A stretch of 64,000 nucleotides of DNA from an uncultured delta proteobacterium (GCA_963804165.1 CAWDPO010000025.1:1-64000), one strand, 5' to 3'; positions 1 through 10,539 are shown, counted from the stretch's first letter. Notes: generated by a model not told the origin, from the letters alone. Made by a program: numbers and translations.

Positions 1-2
1 TC

Positions 3-212
3 AGGCTGTATGGGGTACTGGACAAGGAATTGGCTCAGAGGGAATATCTGGCTGGCGAATATTCGATCGCCGATATCGCAACCTATACCTGGGTGTGGCG
101 GCATGAAATGCATCACGTGAAATTGGAAGATTTTCCCAACGTGAAGCGCTGGTTCGATGTCATCTCGCAACGACCCGCGGTTCAGCGCGGGATGGAAATT
201 CCGAAGCGATGA
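3..212 (+). CDS. Glutathione S-transferase family protein (YfcG/YghU-like), C-terminal part, truncated by window edge
   Basis: Open frame from window start: RLYGVLDKELAQREYLAGEYSIADIATYTW...FPNVKRWF...RPAVQRG, a typical GST C-terminal N-cap motif (SIADIA). Confidence 0.85.
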   Translation, partial: RLYGVLDKELAQREYLAGEYSIADIATYTWVWRHEMHHVKLEDFPNVKRWFDVISQRPAVQRGMEIPKR

Positions 213-358
213 GCGGCCGGGTGGAACACTATTCTTTTGCTGGGTCGGTGTGGTGACCTTGGCGCCGAGATGTAAATTTTAATATCGTCGTGAGTGCAAC
301 GAAGAATCGCGACTTCGCAACAGGACGATGATATACGTCGACTGAAAGGAGCCTCGCC

Positions 359-1746
359 ATGACCGTCGCAGAAAAACCGCTCTACTATTTGTCGATTCAT
401 GAAGCGCAACAACTCATTAAGGACCGCAAACTTTCACCGGTCGACTTGACCCGCGCCGTTCTTGACCGCATTCAAGCCGTCGATGGCAAGCTGCACGCTT
501 ACATTAACTTGATGGCGGATGGCGCGATGCAGGAAGCGCGGGCCGCTGAGGTGGAGATTGCCAAAGGCAACTGGCGCGGGCCGATGCACGGCATCCCCAT
601 CGCGGTGAAAGATCAGCTGGACGTGGCCGGCGCGCCGGCGCGCATTCGCCAATTCACCCAAGGCGTAGGCGACGCGACGGCTGTGCGCAAACTGCGCGAG
701 GCGGGCGCGATCATGATGGGCAAGCTGCATATGAGCAGCTTGCCAGATAGCGAACTGCCGTTGCCGCGCAATCCGTGGAACACGGAACATATCACCGGCG
801 GATCGAGCACGGGCTCGGGCGCCGCCGTGGCCGGGGGGCTTTGTCTCGGCTCACTGGGCGAAGATACCGCGGGCTCGATTCGCAATCCGTCGGCCTTTTG
901 CGGCCTCGCCGGCTTGAAAGCGACCTACGGGCGAGTAAGCCGGCACGGCTTGGCGCCGCTCAGTTGGTCGCTCGATCATTGCGGGCCGATGGCGCGGGTG
1001 GTCGAAGATTCGCCACATGCTCAACGCTATCGCCGGGCATGATCCCAAAGATCCGACGTCGAGCAGCATGCCGATGACCGATTATACCGACGCGCTGCGC
1101 GAAGACGTTAAAGGCATGGTCGATCGGCGTGCCGCGCGACGTACATCGATGAATGCGCGCCGCGCACGGTCCCTATCGTATTGAAACGCGTGGAAGAAGC
1201 CATTGGTGAGCTCAAATCGATGGGGCGCGTATCGAGAAGTCAAAATTCCCAACGCTGCATCTGGCGACGATCGCTAACGCGGTGATCTACTACAATGAAT
1301 TTTGGTCAGCCCATAAAAGCGATGCGGCGACGGTATTGAAAACCGGCGCGGCGCAACGGCGCGCGCGGATCTATTTGGGCTTGCTCACGGGTTCGGCGGA
1401 TTATATTCAGGCGCAGCGTATCCGCAGCCGCTGCCGCGCCGAGCTTGCCGAGGTTTTCGCCAAAGTAGATTGCCTTGGCGCTTGCCGAATCAGGCCGGGC
1501 CCGCGCCGCTGCGTCAAAGACGTCGGGCCGATCGATACTTTATTCAAGCATGTCGTGCCGGAGTATCACGGACCGTTCAATTTAACCGGCCTGCCGACGC
1601 TGTCGGTGCCGTGCGGTTTTTCGGAAAACCAGTTGCCGATCGCACTGCAGCTGGTCGGCAAACCATTTGACGAGTCGACGGTGCTGCGCGCGGGTTATAC
1701 CTACCAGCAGCATATGAAATGGTTCGAACGGAGACCGGCGATTTAG
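359..1746 (+). CDS. Amidase signature family enzyme (GatA-like), split by several frameshifts between about 1010 and 1500
   Basis: IAVKD Lys, GGSSTGS and DTAGSIRNP signature motifs in ORF 359-1042; C-terminal PFNLTGLPTLSVPCG...PIALQLVGKPFDE in ORF 1282-1746; GGAG RBS upstream. Confidence 0.9.
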
Positions 1747-1760
1747 GGATGACGAACGTC

Positions 1761-1833
1761 GGTTCAAGGGTTCAAGGTTCAAAGTTCAAAGTTTTCCGGG
1801 CAGAAAGAGTTCAAGTCGTTCAAAGCGTTCAAG
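1761..1833. repeat. Short tandem GTTCAA(G/A) 7-9 nt repeat array in an intergenic region
   Basis: ggttcaagggttcaaggttcaaagttcaaag...agttcaagtcgttcaaagcgttcaag; reverse-complement arrays at about 8253-8284 and 28887-28926. Confidence 0.75.
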
Positions 1834-1851
1834 GGAAGGAAAAAAACGATC

Positions 1852-2196
1852 ATGGAGATACAACGAATCAACCCTCGCGAATGGAATTGCAGCGCCGCCG
1901 TTTTTGGCGATCTGGTTTTTCTTTCCGGCACGGTCGCCGATGACAAATCGCTGGACATGAAAGGGCAGACGGCCGAGGTGCTGAAAAAGATCGACGCCGT
2001 TCTCGCCAAGGCGGGCACAAACAAGTCGCGCATCTTGAGCGCGACCGTCTATATGGCCGACGCTCGGTTGAAAGACGAGATGAACGAAGCCTGGATGGCG
2101 TGGGTCGATCGGTCCAATCTGCCGACCCGTACGGCGGTGGGCGCCGTGCTCACTCCCGGGACCCTCGTCGAGATCACGGTCTGCGCCGCCAAGTGA
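1852..2196 (+). CDS. RidA/YjgF/YER057c family protein
   Basis: LVFLSGTVADD...GQTAEVLKKID...ILSATVYMAD...MNEAW...PTRTAV...LVEITVCAA. Confidence 0.9.
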   Translation: MEIQRINPREWNCSAAVFGDLVFLSGTVADDKSLDMKGQTAEVLKKIDAVLAKAGTNKSRILSATVYMADARLKDEMNEAWMAWVDRSNLPTRTAVGAVLTPGTLVEITVCAAK

Positions 2197-2346
2197 GCGG
2201 CGCGATCGAGCCCCACTCGTTCGCTGGGGTTAGATTCCCCGCAGCTTGCTGCAGAAAAACGATTCCAGTCCGCTTTGAGTCTGTCATTTCCGAATGCTGC
2301 TGCCGCTGACTCGACTGCGTCACAAGTGGGATTGGACCAGCCCCTC

Positions 2347-2509
2347 CAACTGGACGACCCTCGGGTCCAAGTCGAGGGGTGCCGAATTGACTGGAAGCCG
2401 ACTCTTGTTAGCGTCATTCCGGCGGAGGCCGGAATCCAAGCGGGTTTTGAGCTTGAGCTGAAAACGAACCTAGATGCCGGTTTTCACCGGCATGACGAAC
2501 TTTCACTTC
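2347..2509. repeat. About 165 bp MITE-like element: hairpin end plus GTCATTCCGGC...GCCGGCATGAC REP doublet (copy 1)
   Basis: Aligns by eye along its whole length with the reverse complement of 53175-53341. Confidence 0.75.
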
Positions 2510-2832
2510 GCCTGAGGCGCGAGATTTCAGCCATCCCCAAGAGAGAGCCGTTAAAGCAATTCTGGGGTGACGACTTTTGGATAAATTCTCATCGCTATGT
2601 TCTGATTCCCCGCAGCTGGCTGCGTTAGTTCAATCCTCGGACCGCGATCCGCGCTTCATTCAGCGCCAAATTCTACAAGCTCGGCGCCTTTCAACCGACT
2701 AAGGTCGGGCTTGCTATTCAGCATGTTTTTTACTATGAACTTGACCCCAATATCCGAGGCTGTTCACCTATGGCAAAACTGGAAAGGACGATTCGAGAGT
2801 CTAAAGGATAACCCGTAGAGGACTGGTAGCAT

Positions 2833-3024
2833 ATGCCCGAACAACTGCTGACGCTGGAACAAGTTGCCGAGTATCTCAACGTTGATAAATTCACCGTGTA
2901 CCGATTGTTGGCGGATAAAGAACTGCCGGCGTTCAAGGTGGGAAATCAGTGGCGCTTCAAAAGAAAGATGATTGAGAATTGGCTGATGAAGAACTCCAAC
3001 GTCAGACGCAAAGATACCCAGTAA
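2833..3024 (+). CDS. Excisionase-family (HTH_17) small DNA-binding protein
   Basis: LLTLEQVAEYLNVDKFTVYRLL...LPAFKVGNQWRF; GAGG RBS upstream. Confidence 0.85.
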   Translation: MPEQLLTLEQVAEYLNVDKFTVYRLLADKELPAFKVGNQWRFKRKMIENWLMKNSNVRRKDTQ

Positions 3025-3074
3025 ACCCGCGCACTCTTATCGTTCCAGCTGTCGAGCACGCGACAAGTTTTTAT

Positions 3075-3461
3075 TCACTCCGCTTCTCTGCACAGCGCTT
3101 CAATATTGTAACCGTCGGGATCGAGGACGAAGGCGCCATAATAATCGGTGCTATATTGCGGCCGTAATCCCGGTTCGCCGTTGCTTTGCCCGCCCGCCGC
3201 GATAGCGGTGCGATAAAAATCCTCGACCAGCGTCCGTTTGGTAACGAGAAAAGCGACATGCGTGCTCGCCGGGCTCGGCGTGCCCTGGTAAAGCCATAGG
3301 TCGGCGCGCGCCGGCTCGCCGAATCCCGCGCTCGGCGTCGGCCGCGTCGACGTCACGCCATACTCACGGAGCATTTCGTAGCCGATGGGTTTGAGCGCTG
3401 TGGTGTAAAACTTCTTGCTTCTCTCGATGTCGCTGACTTGCAGGCCGACGTGGGCGATCAT
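3075..3461 (-). CDS. VOC/glyoxalase family protein
   Basis: IAHVGLQVSDIERSKKFY...HVAF...PGLRPQY...YYGAFVLDPDGYNIEA. Confidence 0.9.
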   Translation of the reverse strand: MIAHVGLQVSDIERSKKFYTTALKPIGYEMLREYGVTSTRPTPSAGFGEPARADLWLYQGTPSPASTHVAFLVTKRTLVEDFYRTAIAAGGQSNGEPGLRPQYSTDYYGAFVLDPDGYNIEALCREAE

Positions 3462-3488
3462 GGAGTACCGCTTTTGTTTTTCCCATAA

Positions 3489-3620
3489 TGAGACTGTGTC
3501 GCAGTGTGCACGATCATACGGATGTCATGCTGAGCAATGCGAAGCATCTCGCATTTTTCAGGTGTGTCAAAGTCGAGATTCTTCGCCTTCGGTTCAGAAT
3601 GACATTAAAGCGCAGTCTCA
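3489..3620. repeat. REP-like palindromic element (TGTCATGCTGAG...TTCAGAATGACA family)
   Basis: Inverted arms 3522-3551 and 3574-3604, plus outer TGAGACTG/CAGTCTCA inverted pair; relatives at 6916-6987 and 23917-24021. Confidence 0.75.
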
Positions 3621-3722
3621 AACGGTGGGCGAAGATGAATTCAGCGTTGAAACGGCGGAGCGGTGGGTGCACAAAGCCGCTGCTTTTGATTTCGTCCAAA
3701 ACACGTCCAATGGTTCCTTCGC

Positions 3723-4735
3723 TCAGTAGGCGCTCGACTGGATTCTCTGAATGAACGTAGCGTCGAGGATTGTTTCCGGCTTCAACGTCAAGAGCTTGGG
3801 ATTGGTTCGGGACAGGATAGAGTAAATCTTTTGCAAGCCTTCAGGTTTGGGCCTCAAATCGTTGCTGTAGGCCGCGACCATCGCGTGGTAGCCGGTTTCT
3901 GCATCTTCCACGCGGTTAAGCCGGAGATGTTTAGCCATCGTCTTTAGGACAACCGGTTTGTTTTCCGGTTTTTGAAAGAACCGCAGCGCATCGATGGTTC
4001 CCTTGAGCAACGCTTCGTAGGTCTTTGCCTCCTGATGCGCCGCGGTTTTCCTGACCACCAAGGACGAGCCGACGTAGGGAATCGGCGCCCGGCTTAAATC
4101 GAGCAGAAGCGTGTAGCCTTTTTTCTTGAGCGGCGCGCTGAAGGTCGAGCCCATCCAGGACGCTTGAGCGCGGCCGGTTTCGAGAGCTTGGATGCGCGAG
4201 GGCTGATCACCAAGAACGATGAACCGGATGTTGTCGCGGTCCGGATCGAGGCCGAGGTAATCCAGAGCCAGCATATTGTTCGCCCAACCGCCGCCGCCGA
4301 TACTTTGGATCGCGACCAATTTGCCTTTAAGATCTTCGGGCTTTTGAACTCAGGGCGAGCCATGAAGTCCCCTTCGGGGCGTTGGAACAGCGCCCCGATG
4401 ATCACGACATCCAACCCTCCGGCGGCGAGATTCAAAACGGCGTTGGAGCTGGTGAGAACCGCGTTCACATCACCGGAAACCAACGCAGACGCCGCGAGCG
4501 ATCCAACCCGCATGTAGATGACCTCGACATTAAGACCGTGCTTGCGGTAAAAGCCTTGCTCGACACCGACCCAGAGTACCGCAGGATTCTCGCCGCTGGT
4601 GCCGTTGGCGATGCGAAAGTTGGTGAGAGTTTGCGCTGCGGCTGAGCCAGTCAAAATAAAAATGACAAATGCCGTAACTGCCGGCTGAAATCTCTGGTGG
4701 AGCCGAGTTCTAATAAAATTGCCAACTGCTTTCAT
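3723..4735 (-). CDS. ABC-type substrate-binding protein, NMT1/THI5/SsuA-like (frameshift near 4320-4340)
   Basis: Signal peptide ...GSAAAQ; WVGVEQGFYRKHGLNVEV; ALVSGDV; continues in ORF 3723-4319. Confidence 0.85.
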
Positions 4736-4841
4736 GCGGATCTCCTCGAATGATGTCCCGGTCAATTACGGGCCGGAGCCTAAATCATGACAGCGCTGCC
4801 TGTCAAAGCGCCGATAATAACCGAGAGAGAAAAATTGCTCT

Positions 4842-5687
4842 TTATAGCTCCGACCACATCAGCCGGATGCCGACGAACACCAAAGCGAGCGCCAGGCCGC
4901 GTATAATCCATTTGCCGCCGACCCGATTGGACAGACGCGCGCCGATTTGGGCGCCGAACAAGACGCCGATGGCGAGGATCGCCGTGCGCCGAATGCCATG
5001 GGCGAACACGCCATTGGCGACGTGCACGAGAGTACCGGTCAAGGCCATCACGGCGAGCACGAAGTGGGAAGTGGCGGTGGCGATGTGGACGGGAAAGTTC
5101 AACAGTCGAGATAGTGCGGGAACATGAATAAACCCGCCGCCGACGCCCAGCAGGCTCGATGCAAAGCCGACGAATATGCTCAGCACGATGCCGATCACCG
5201 GATTATACTCGTAGTGATAGCGCACGCCGTCCGCGTCGACGAAATCGCGAACTGTCCAGCGTGCCGGCTTATTGGCAGAAGCGTGCGGACCCGATGGAGC
5301 TTGCGCGCGCGCGTGATCGTCTTTGGCCGAGACCCAAAGAAATGCACCTGTCACGATCATCAAGACGCCAAAGATGAGGTCAAAGGCGTAGCGTGGCACG
5401 TACGCGGTGGAAACCGCACCGAGGATCGCCCCGGGAATCGTCGCGATTGCGAAGATGATGCCCGACTTGTAATCGACCCGTTTCATCCGGCTGTAGGCCC
5501 ACGAGCCGGAGAGCGCATTAAAAAAGACCACGGCGAGCGAGATGCTCGTGATCAGCTCGGTATTTTCATTCGGGTAGACGAGGAGAAGTATGGGAACCAG
5601 GATGAAGCCGCCGCCGGCGCCGATCAAAGTTCCGAAGGCGCCGATCAGTAGACCGAGAGGAAGCAGCCAAAGGGAGTGATAAGGCAT
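4842..5687 (-). CDS. Sulfite exporter TauE/SafE family membrane protein
   Basis: Repeated GTLIGAGGGFILVP and SSLLGVGGGFIHVP motifs, ATATS motif, hydrophobic helices. Confidence 0.9.
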   Translation of the reverse strand: MPYHSLWLLPLGLLIGAFGTLIGAGGGFILVPILLLVYPNENTELITSISLAVVFFNALSGSWAYSRMKRVDYKSGIIFAIATIPGAILGAVSTAYVPRYAFDLIFGVLMIVTGAFLWVSAKDDHARAQAPSGPHASANKPARWTVRDFVDADGVRYHYEYNPVIGIVLSIFVGFASSLLGVGGGFIHVPALSRLLNFPVHIATATSHFVLAVMALTGTLVHVANGVFAHGIRRTAILAIGVLFGAQIGARLSNRVGGKWIIRGLALALVFVGIRLMWSEL

Positions 5688-5799
5688 GATGCAGCTACAG
5701 GCATAAAACTACCTCGGCTTGTGTAATAGGTCGTGTGTAGCCGATCGAAAACTAGCATGAAAATTTTTCTGAGAAAATAGCCGGCGCGCGGATTTTGCT

Positions 5800-6890
5800 T
5801 CAATGGGTCGGCAATCCGTAGAAGCGCTCGGCATTGCGATAGCGTACCGCGTCTTTATCATCCTGTGTGAGTCGTTTATTTTCCTCCAGCTCTTCGAGCT
5901 CCGCTTTGCACGTGTCGTTATTCACTTCGTGGGGAAAATCTGAGGAGAAGATAAACGGTTTGTTGCCGACGACACTGACGGCGAAGGGTAAAGTAAGCTC
6001 GTCGCCTTCGACACCGACGTAAATCCGATCTTCGTCGACATGGCGCTTGATGTAGTCGGTCACGGATTCCTTTTCACGGAGCTTCAAGAAGCGCCCGCGG
6101 GGGTCGTACTGCACGTGGCTATTCCAGGCGCGCTCGAACGCTCGATGCAGTTGACGAACCAGCCGGCGCCGGCTTCCATGAAGCCGAAACGGACTTTAGG
6201 ATATTTATCGAAGACACCGTTGAACAGAATGCCGGCGAAATTGACCATCTGGCCGAAGGGATGGCCGAGCGCATTCACCGGAGCATAGGGTGTCATGTCG
6301 TCCAAACCCATGTGGTCATGCACGCCGCCGTGGATGCCGATGCAGCAGGCGAGACGGTTGGCTTCCTCGTAAATCGGCCAGTATTTTTCGTCGCCGAGAT
6401 GATTCTGCGCGCCCATGACTCCCGTGCTCGGCAGCATGGCCCCGCAAAAGCCCAGCTCTTTGACGATGCGGCGAAGTTCTTTCACCGCTTCCGCCGGATC
6501 TTGCAGCGGGATCAGGCCCAAAGCCTGAAAGCGTGAGCTCTTACTGAGATATTCGTCATGCATCCAGTCGTTATACGCGTGGGCCAGCTCGATCGCCCAG
6601 TCCAGGCTGACGATCCGCCCGAACGACAATCCGTTGGTCGGATAGAGCACCGCGCTGGCAAGGCCGACGTCTTCCATGAAATCGATCCAGCCCTCGCGGC
6701 CGACTCTCGCAAAGGCGCCCGGCGGGAGAAAATGCGCATTGGCCGAGTGCAAATGATCGTTGGGCGGATAGGGGCTGCGGCTCGAGCCGAATCGGTCGCG
6801 ATACTGTTCCGGCATGCGCGCCGCGATCGCCGAGTGATCTTCCACCACGTGGCCGTCGCCGTCGATGATTTTATGGTTCTTGGTGTTCAT
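5800..6890 (-). CDS. Amidohydrolase_2 family protein (LigW/ACMSD-like), frameshift near 6120
   Basis: IIDGDGHVVE, AYNDW, IHGG, MEAGAGW and FSSDFPH motifs across ORFs 6084-6890 and 5800-6114. Confidence 0.85.
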
Positions 6891-6915
6891 GGGGTCTTTC
6901 CTTCTTCTTTCGAAG

Positions 6916-6987
6916 TGTCATTCTGAGCCGCAGGCGAAGAATCTCGTTTTACACGGGTCGAGATCCTTCGCTCGCGCTCAGGATGAC
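6916..6987. repeat. REP-like palindromic element
   Basis: tgtcattctgagccgcaggcgaagaatctcg...cgagatccttcgctcgcgctcaggatgac. Confidence 0.75.
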
Positions 6988-6994
6988 CCTCTCG

Positions 6995-8092
6995 TTACGA
7001 GAGGGTCATCTGATAGAACCGTTGCGAGTTGCCGAACAGGATCGCATCTTTGTCCGCCGCCGTGAGTTGACTGTTTTCCCGCAGCTCTTCCAGCTCGTGT
7101 TTGCACGTCTGCGCATCGACTTCGTGCGGATAGTCCGTCGAGAACACATACGGCTTGTTGCCGGTGATCCGCACCGCCTCGGCGATGCTCAACTCTTCGC
7201 CTTCGCAGCCGACGAAAATCTGTCCGTCATCGATATGACGCAGAATATAGTCGATGATTTTCTCGCCTTTTTTCAATTGCAAGAAGCGGCCGCGCGGATC
7301 GAATTGCACGTGGCTCTCCCACGAGCCGGTGAAGCGTTCCATGCAGGTCAGTAACCAGGCGCAGCCCGCTTCCATGAAACCCACGCGCAGGCCGGGAAAT
7401 TTGTCGAAGACACCGTTGAAGATAATGCCCGCGAAGCCGATCATCTGGCTCATCGGATGGCCGAGCGCGTTGGCCACGGCGTAGGGGCTTATGTCGTCCA
7501 TTAAAAGATTTTCATGGGAACCGCCGTGGATCGCGATCGCGCAACCCAGCCGCTCGGCTTCGCCATAAATGGGCCAATACTTCTGAGAGCCCAGGTGCGG
7601 CATGTTGACGCCCGTCGACGGCAACATCGCGCCGGAGAAACCCAGGTCGCGCACGATGCGGCGCAACTCGATCACGGCTTCCGCGGGTTCTTGCAGCGGG
7701 ATCAGGCCCATTGCCTTGAAACGCTGGCTCTTCGACAAATAGGTGTCGTACATCCAATTGTTATACGCGCGTGCCAGCTCGATGGCCCAGTCGCGGCTGA
7801 CGATCTTGCCGAAGGCAAGACCCGCGCTGGTGTAAAGCACGGTGGTGCCGATGCCGACGTCTTCAAGAAAAAGCTCCCAGCCCTCGCGCCCGACGTTGGC
7901 AAACGCGCCCTTCGGCGTGAAGTGGCGGTTGGCGGAATGCAAATGGTCGATGGGCGGAAACGGATTCTTGCCCCGCGCTTCTGAAAAACTTCTGCCGACG
8001 TACTCTTCGGGCATGTATTTCACGATGCTCGCGATATCTTCAACTACGTGCCCATCGCCGTCGATGATCTTCTGCTGCATCGCTGTGCTCAT
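6995..8092 (-). CDS. Amidohydrolase_2 family protein, tandem paralog of the adjacent 5800-6890 gene
   Basis: IIDGDGHVVED, AYNNW, MEAGCAW, FSTDYPH; start ATG at 8092 with AGGAG RBS. Confidence 0.88.
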   Translation of the reverse strand: MSTAMQQKIIDGDGHVVEDIASIVKYMPEEYVGRSFSEARGKNPFPPIDHLHSANRHFTPKGAFANVGREGWELFLEDVGIGTTVLYTSAGLAFGKIVSRDWAIELARAYNNWMYDTYLSKSQRFKAMGLIPLQEPAEAVIELRRIVRDLGFSGAMLPSTGVNMPHLGSQKYWPIYGEAERLGCAIAIHGGSHENLLMDDISPYAVANALGHPMSQMIGFAGIIFNGVFDKFPGLRVGFMEAGCAWLLTCMERFTGSWESHVQFDPRGRFLQLKKGEKIIDYILRHIDDGQIFVGCEGEELSIAEAVRITGNKPYVFSTDYPHEVDAQTCKHELEELRENSQLTAADKDAILFGNSQRFYQMTLS

Positions 8093-8207
8093 GATTTCTC
8101 CTGGAACTCGAGCTTGGATTTCCTTTGGTTTCAACGGTTTCTTTATACCGAAATCGGCGGAACGTCCAGAAGGGCGACGGCGGACGTCTCTCGGTGGTTC
8201 CAGGTCC

Positions 8208-8248
8208 AAAAAACTCGAAGCCTCGCGGCGAGATACCGCGAGGCTTCG
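8208..8248 (-). terminator. Rho-independent terminator downstream of the aldolase gene
   Basis: Perfect stem CGAAGCCTCGCGG / CCGCGAGGCTTCG followed on the minus strand by a T6 tract. Confidence 0.75.
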
Positions 8249-8290
8249 GTTAAACCTTGAACTTTGAACCTGGAACCTTGAACGAATACC

Positions 8291-9265
8291 CTACGCCGTT
8301 TTCCGCGCCGCTTCCTGCACCAGCGGATACTTCTCGCACAACGACTTCCAGTACGCCGCGATCTTCTTGCTGTTGTCTTTGACTTCCTGTGGGATGACGC
8401 GCCAAGGCGCGCGCAATGGACCGGCGGTGCAGTAGCCGGCTTCGTTGACGGAAAGTTTATAGACATTTTCGCGCCAGGAGAGATTGCCGATATTCGGCCC
8501 GACTCTGTTGGTACCTTCAAGGTCGAGGCAGACTTGCTTCGCGGTTTCCCAATCCTGCGCCAAGCAAACGTCGCGCAAAGTCGCGACCGGCGACGGACCC
8601 ATCCAGACGTTAAACGACCAGCAGCCGGCGGCGCCGAGCTGGTAATAAGGAAACATCTGCGTCTGGTTGACGAAGACGCTCATCTTGCCTTTAGTGACGC
8701 TGGTCAGCTCGACGAACTGCAGTGGCGTGCGGTGGCTGTCCTTCATGCCGACGATGTTCGGCTTCTCAGTGATGCGCTTGAAGGCGCCGACCGGGATCGT
8801 CACACGATGATGGGTCGGGTTGTGATAGATCATCACGCCCATCTTAGGCAGCGCGTCGGCGACGTCGTGATAGAACTGCACGGCGTTATCTACCGTCGCT
8901 TGATAATAAAAGGGCACGCCGAGCAGGAGACCGTCGGCGCCGGCTTCCTGGGCGAATTTCGCCTGGCGAATCGCCTCGCGCGGGTTCAAATTCGTGCAGC
9001 CGATGAACAAAGGCACACGCTTCTTCACCGCCGCGACGGTGGCTTCGATCAATTTTTTATGCTCGTCCCACAGTAGCGTGTGAAACTCGCCGAAACTCCC
9101 GGTGGTCGTGAGCACGTTGACGCCGCCGTCGCGGATTAATTTGTCCACCGCCCGCGTAAGCTCGTCAGTATCAACCGTATCCGTCGCGTCGATACGATCG
9201 CCGTCTTTGCTCGTAAACGCCGGCATCATCGCCATGATGCCCTTCAAGTCGTTGGAAGTGACCAT
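8291..9265 (-). CDS. DHDPS/NAL-family hydratase-aldolase, NahE (trans-o-hydroxybenzylidenepyruvate hydratase-aldolase)-like
   Basis: TGSFGEFHTLLWDE, RVPLFIGCT.LNPREAIRQ, AVQFYHDVADALP, IYHNP, VGMKDS (Schiff-base Lys); GxxGE motif typical of the NahE/PhdJ subgroup. Confidence 0.8.
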   Translation of the reverse strand: MVTSNDLKGIMAMMPAFTSKDGDRIDATDTVDTDELTRAVDKLIRDGGVNVLTTTGSFGEFHTLLWDEHKKLIEATVAAVKKRVPLFIGCTNLNPREAIRQAKFAQEAGADGLLLGVPFYYQATVDNAVQFYHDVADALPKMGVMIYHNPTHHRVTIPVGAFKRITEKPNIVGMKDSHRTPLQFVELTSVTKGKMSVFVNQTQMFPYYQLGAAGCWSFNVWMGPSPVATLRDVCLAQDWETAKQVCLDLEGTNRVGPNIGNLSWRENVYKLSVNEAGYCTAGPLRAPWRVIPQEVKDNSKKIAAYWKSLCEKYPLVQEAARKTA

Positions 9266-9576
9266 TAAGTAAGCTCTCCTTGTGAGGATTTTGCCGGATT
9301 CTCCAACAGGCGGCGGCGGCAGTCAAGCCGCCGAGTGACTCCCACGACCGTGCTGCAATACTGCGCGTGCTGGCGGATCAAGTCCGTCCGTCAGATCCGG
9401 GCCAGTTCAACATGCAACCTGACACCCTTGACATGCGTGATCTTCGGAGTAGAAAAACTTTCCATACGAAGAGATTTTCAGCAAGCTGTTAGAGACATCA
9501 TCGACGCTCTGGCAGGTTGCGCTGCATGCGATTGAACACTGAGTTGACGAGACTTGGGCACAGACGGGAGGCGAAA

Positions 9577-10539
9577 ATGCATACTACGTTTTTGAAGGTT
9601 TCACAGTCTGCCGCGCTCTCAATGGCGCTCGGCACAATGACGATTAGCGCTCACGCGCAGGCGCCGGGAAGTTGGACGATGAAAGCGCCGATCCCGATGG
9701 CGCGCAACGAAGTGGGGCTCGCGGCGGTCGGTGGAAAAATTTACGTGATCGGCGGCAGCGTGCAAGGCAAGGCGGGGACCTACCACGACGAATACGACCC
9801 CGCGACCGATCGCTGGAGATCGCGCGCTCCGCTGCCTCAGGCGCTCGATCATATCGGCACGGCTGTTCTGAACGGTAAGATCTACACCGTCGGCGGCTTT
9901 GTCGCGTCCGTGCACAAGGACGGGCAACCCCATGTGTTTGAATACGATCCCGCGACAGACAGCTGGCGTTCGCTCAGCCCGCTCAAGTCCGGCCTGGGGT
10001 CGGTTGGGGTGACCGTGCTCGACGGCAAGATCCACGCGGTCGGCGGGCGCAATCCCGCAGGCGAGACGGTGACAACACACCAGGTCTACGATCCTGCGAA
10101 CAACACGTGGAGCGAGCGCGCTCCGCTGCCCAAGGCGCGCGATCACATGGCGTTGGTCGCTGCCGAAGGAAAAATCCATGCGGTGGGCGGACGTTTCGGA
10201 GCTTCCAACGACAAAACAGATATGCACGACATCTATGACCCGGCGACGAATTCCTGGACGTCAGGACCGCCGCTTCCCACCGCGCGCAGCGGGCTCGCCG
10301 CTACGCTCTATGAGGGCATGGTTCTGGTGTTGGGCGGTGAGCTTGCGCCAAATACATTTGCCGAAAACGAGGCCTACGATCCGAAAACAAAAAACTGGAG
10401 GACGCTTGCCCCCATGCCCGGAGGTAGGCACGGGACGTCCGCCGCGACCACCGGCGGACGCGTCTACATCGCCGCCGGATCGTTGAAGCCTGGATCGGGC
10501 GGGGTCACGGACCAACTGATCGTCTTCACGTTGCGCTGA
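9577..10539 (+). CDS. Secreted Kelch-repeat beta-propeller protein
   Basis: Six GKIYVIGG...YDPATDxW repeats; signal peptide ending AHAQ; GGAGG RBS. Confidence 0.9.
   Translation: MHTTFLKVSQSAALSMALGTMTISAHAQAPGSWTMKAPIPMARNEVGLAAVGGKIYVIGGSVQGKAGTYHDEYDPATDRWRSRAPLPQALDHIGTAVLNGKIYTVGGFVASVHKDGQPHVFEYDPATDSWRSLSPLKSGLGSVGVTVLDGKIHAVGGRNPAGETVTTHQVYDPANNTWSERAPLPKARDHMALVAAEGKIHAVGGRFGASNDKTDMHDIYDPATNSWTSGPPLPTARSGLAATLYEGMVLVLGGELAPNTFAENEAYDPKTKNWRTLAPMPGGRHGTSAATTGGRVYIAAGSLKPGSGGVTDQLIVFTLR

Noticed and set aside
2275-2628. 117-aa ORF containing VIPAEAGIQ (similar ORFs near 53144 and 3488)
   Set aside because: Translation of REP palindromes rather than real genes
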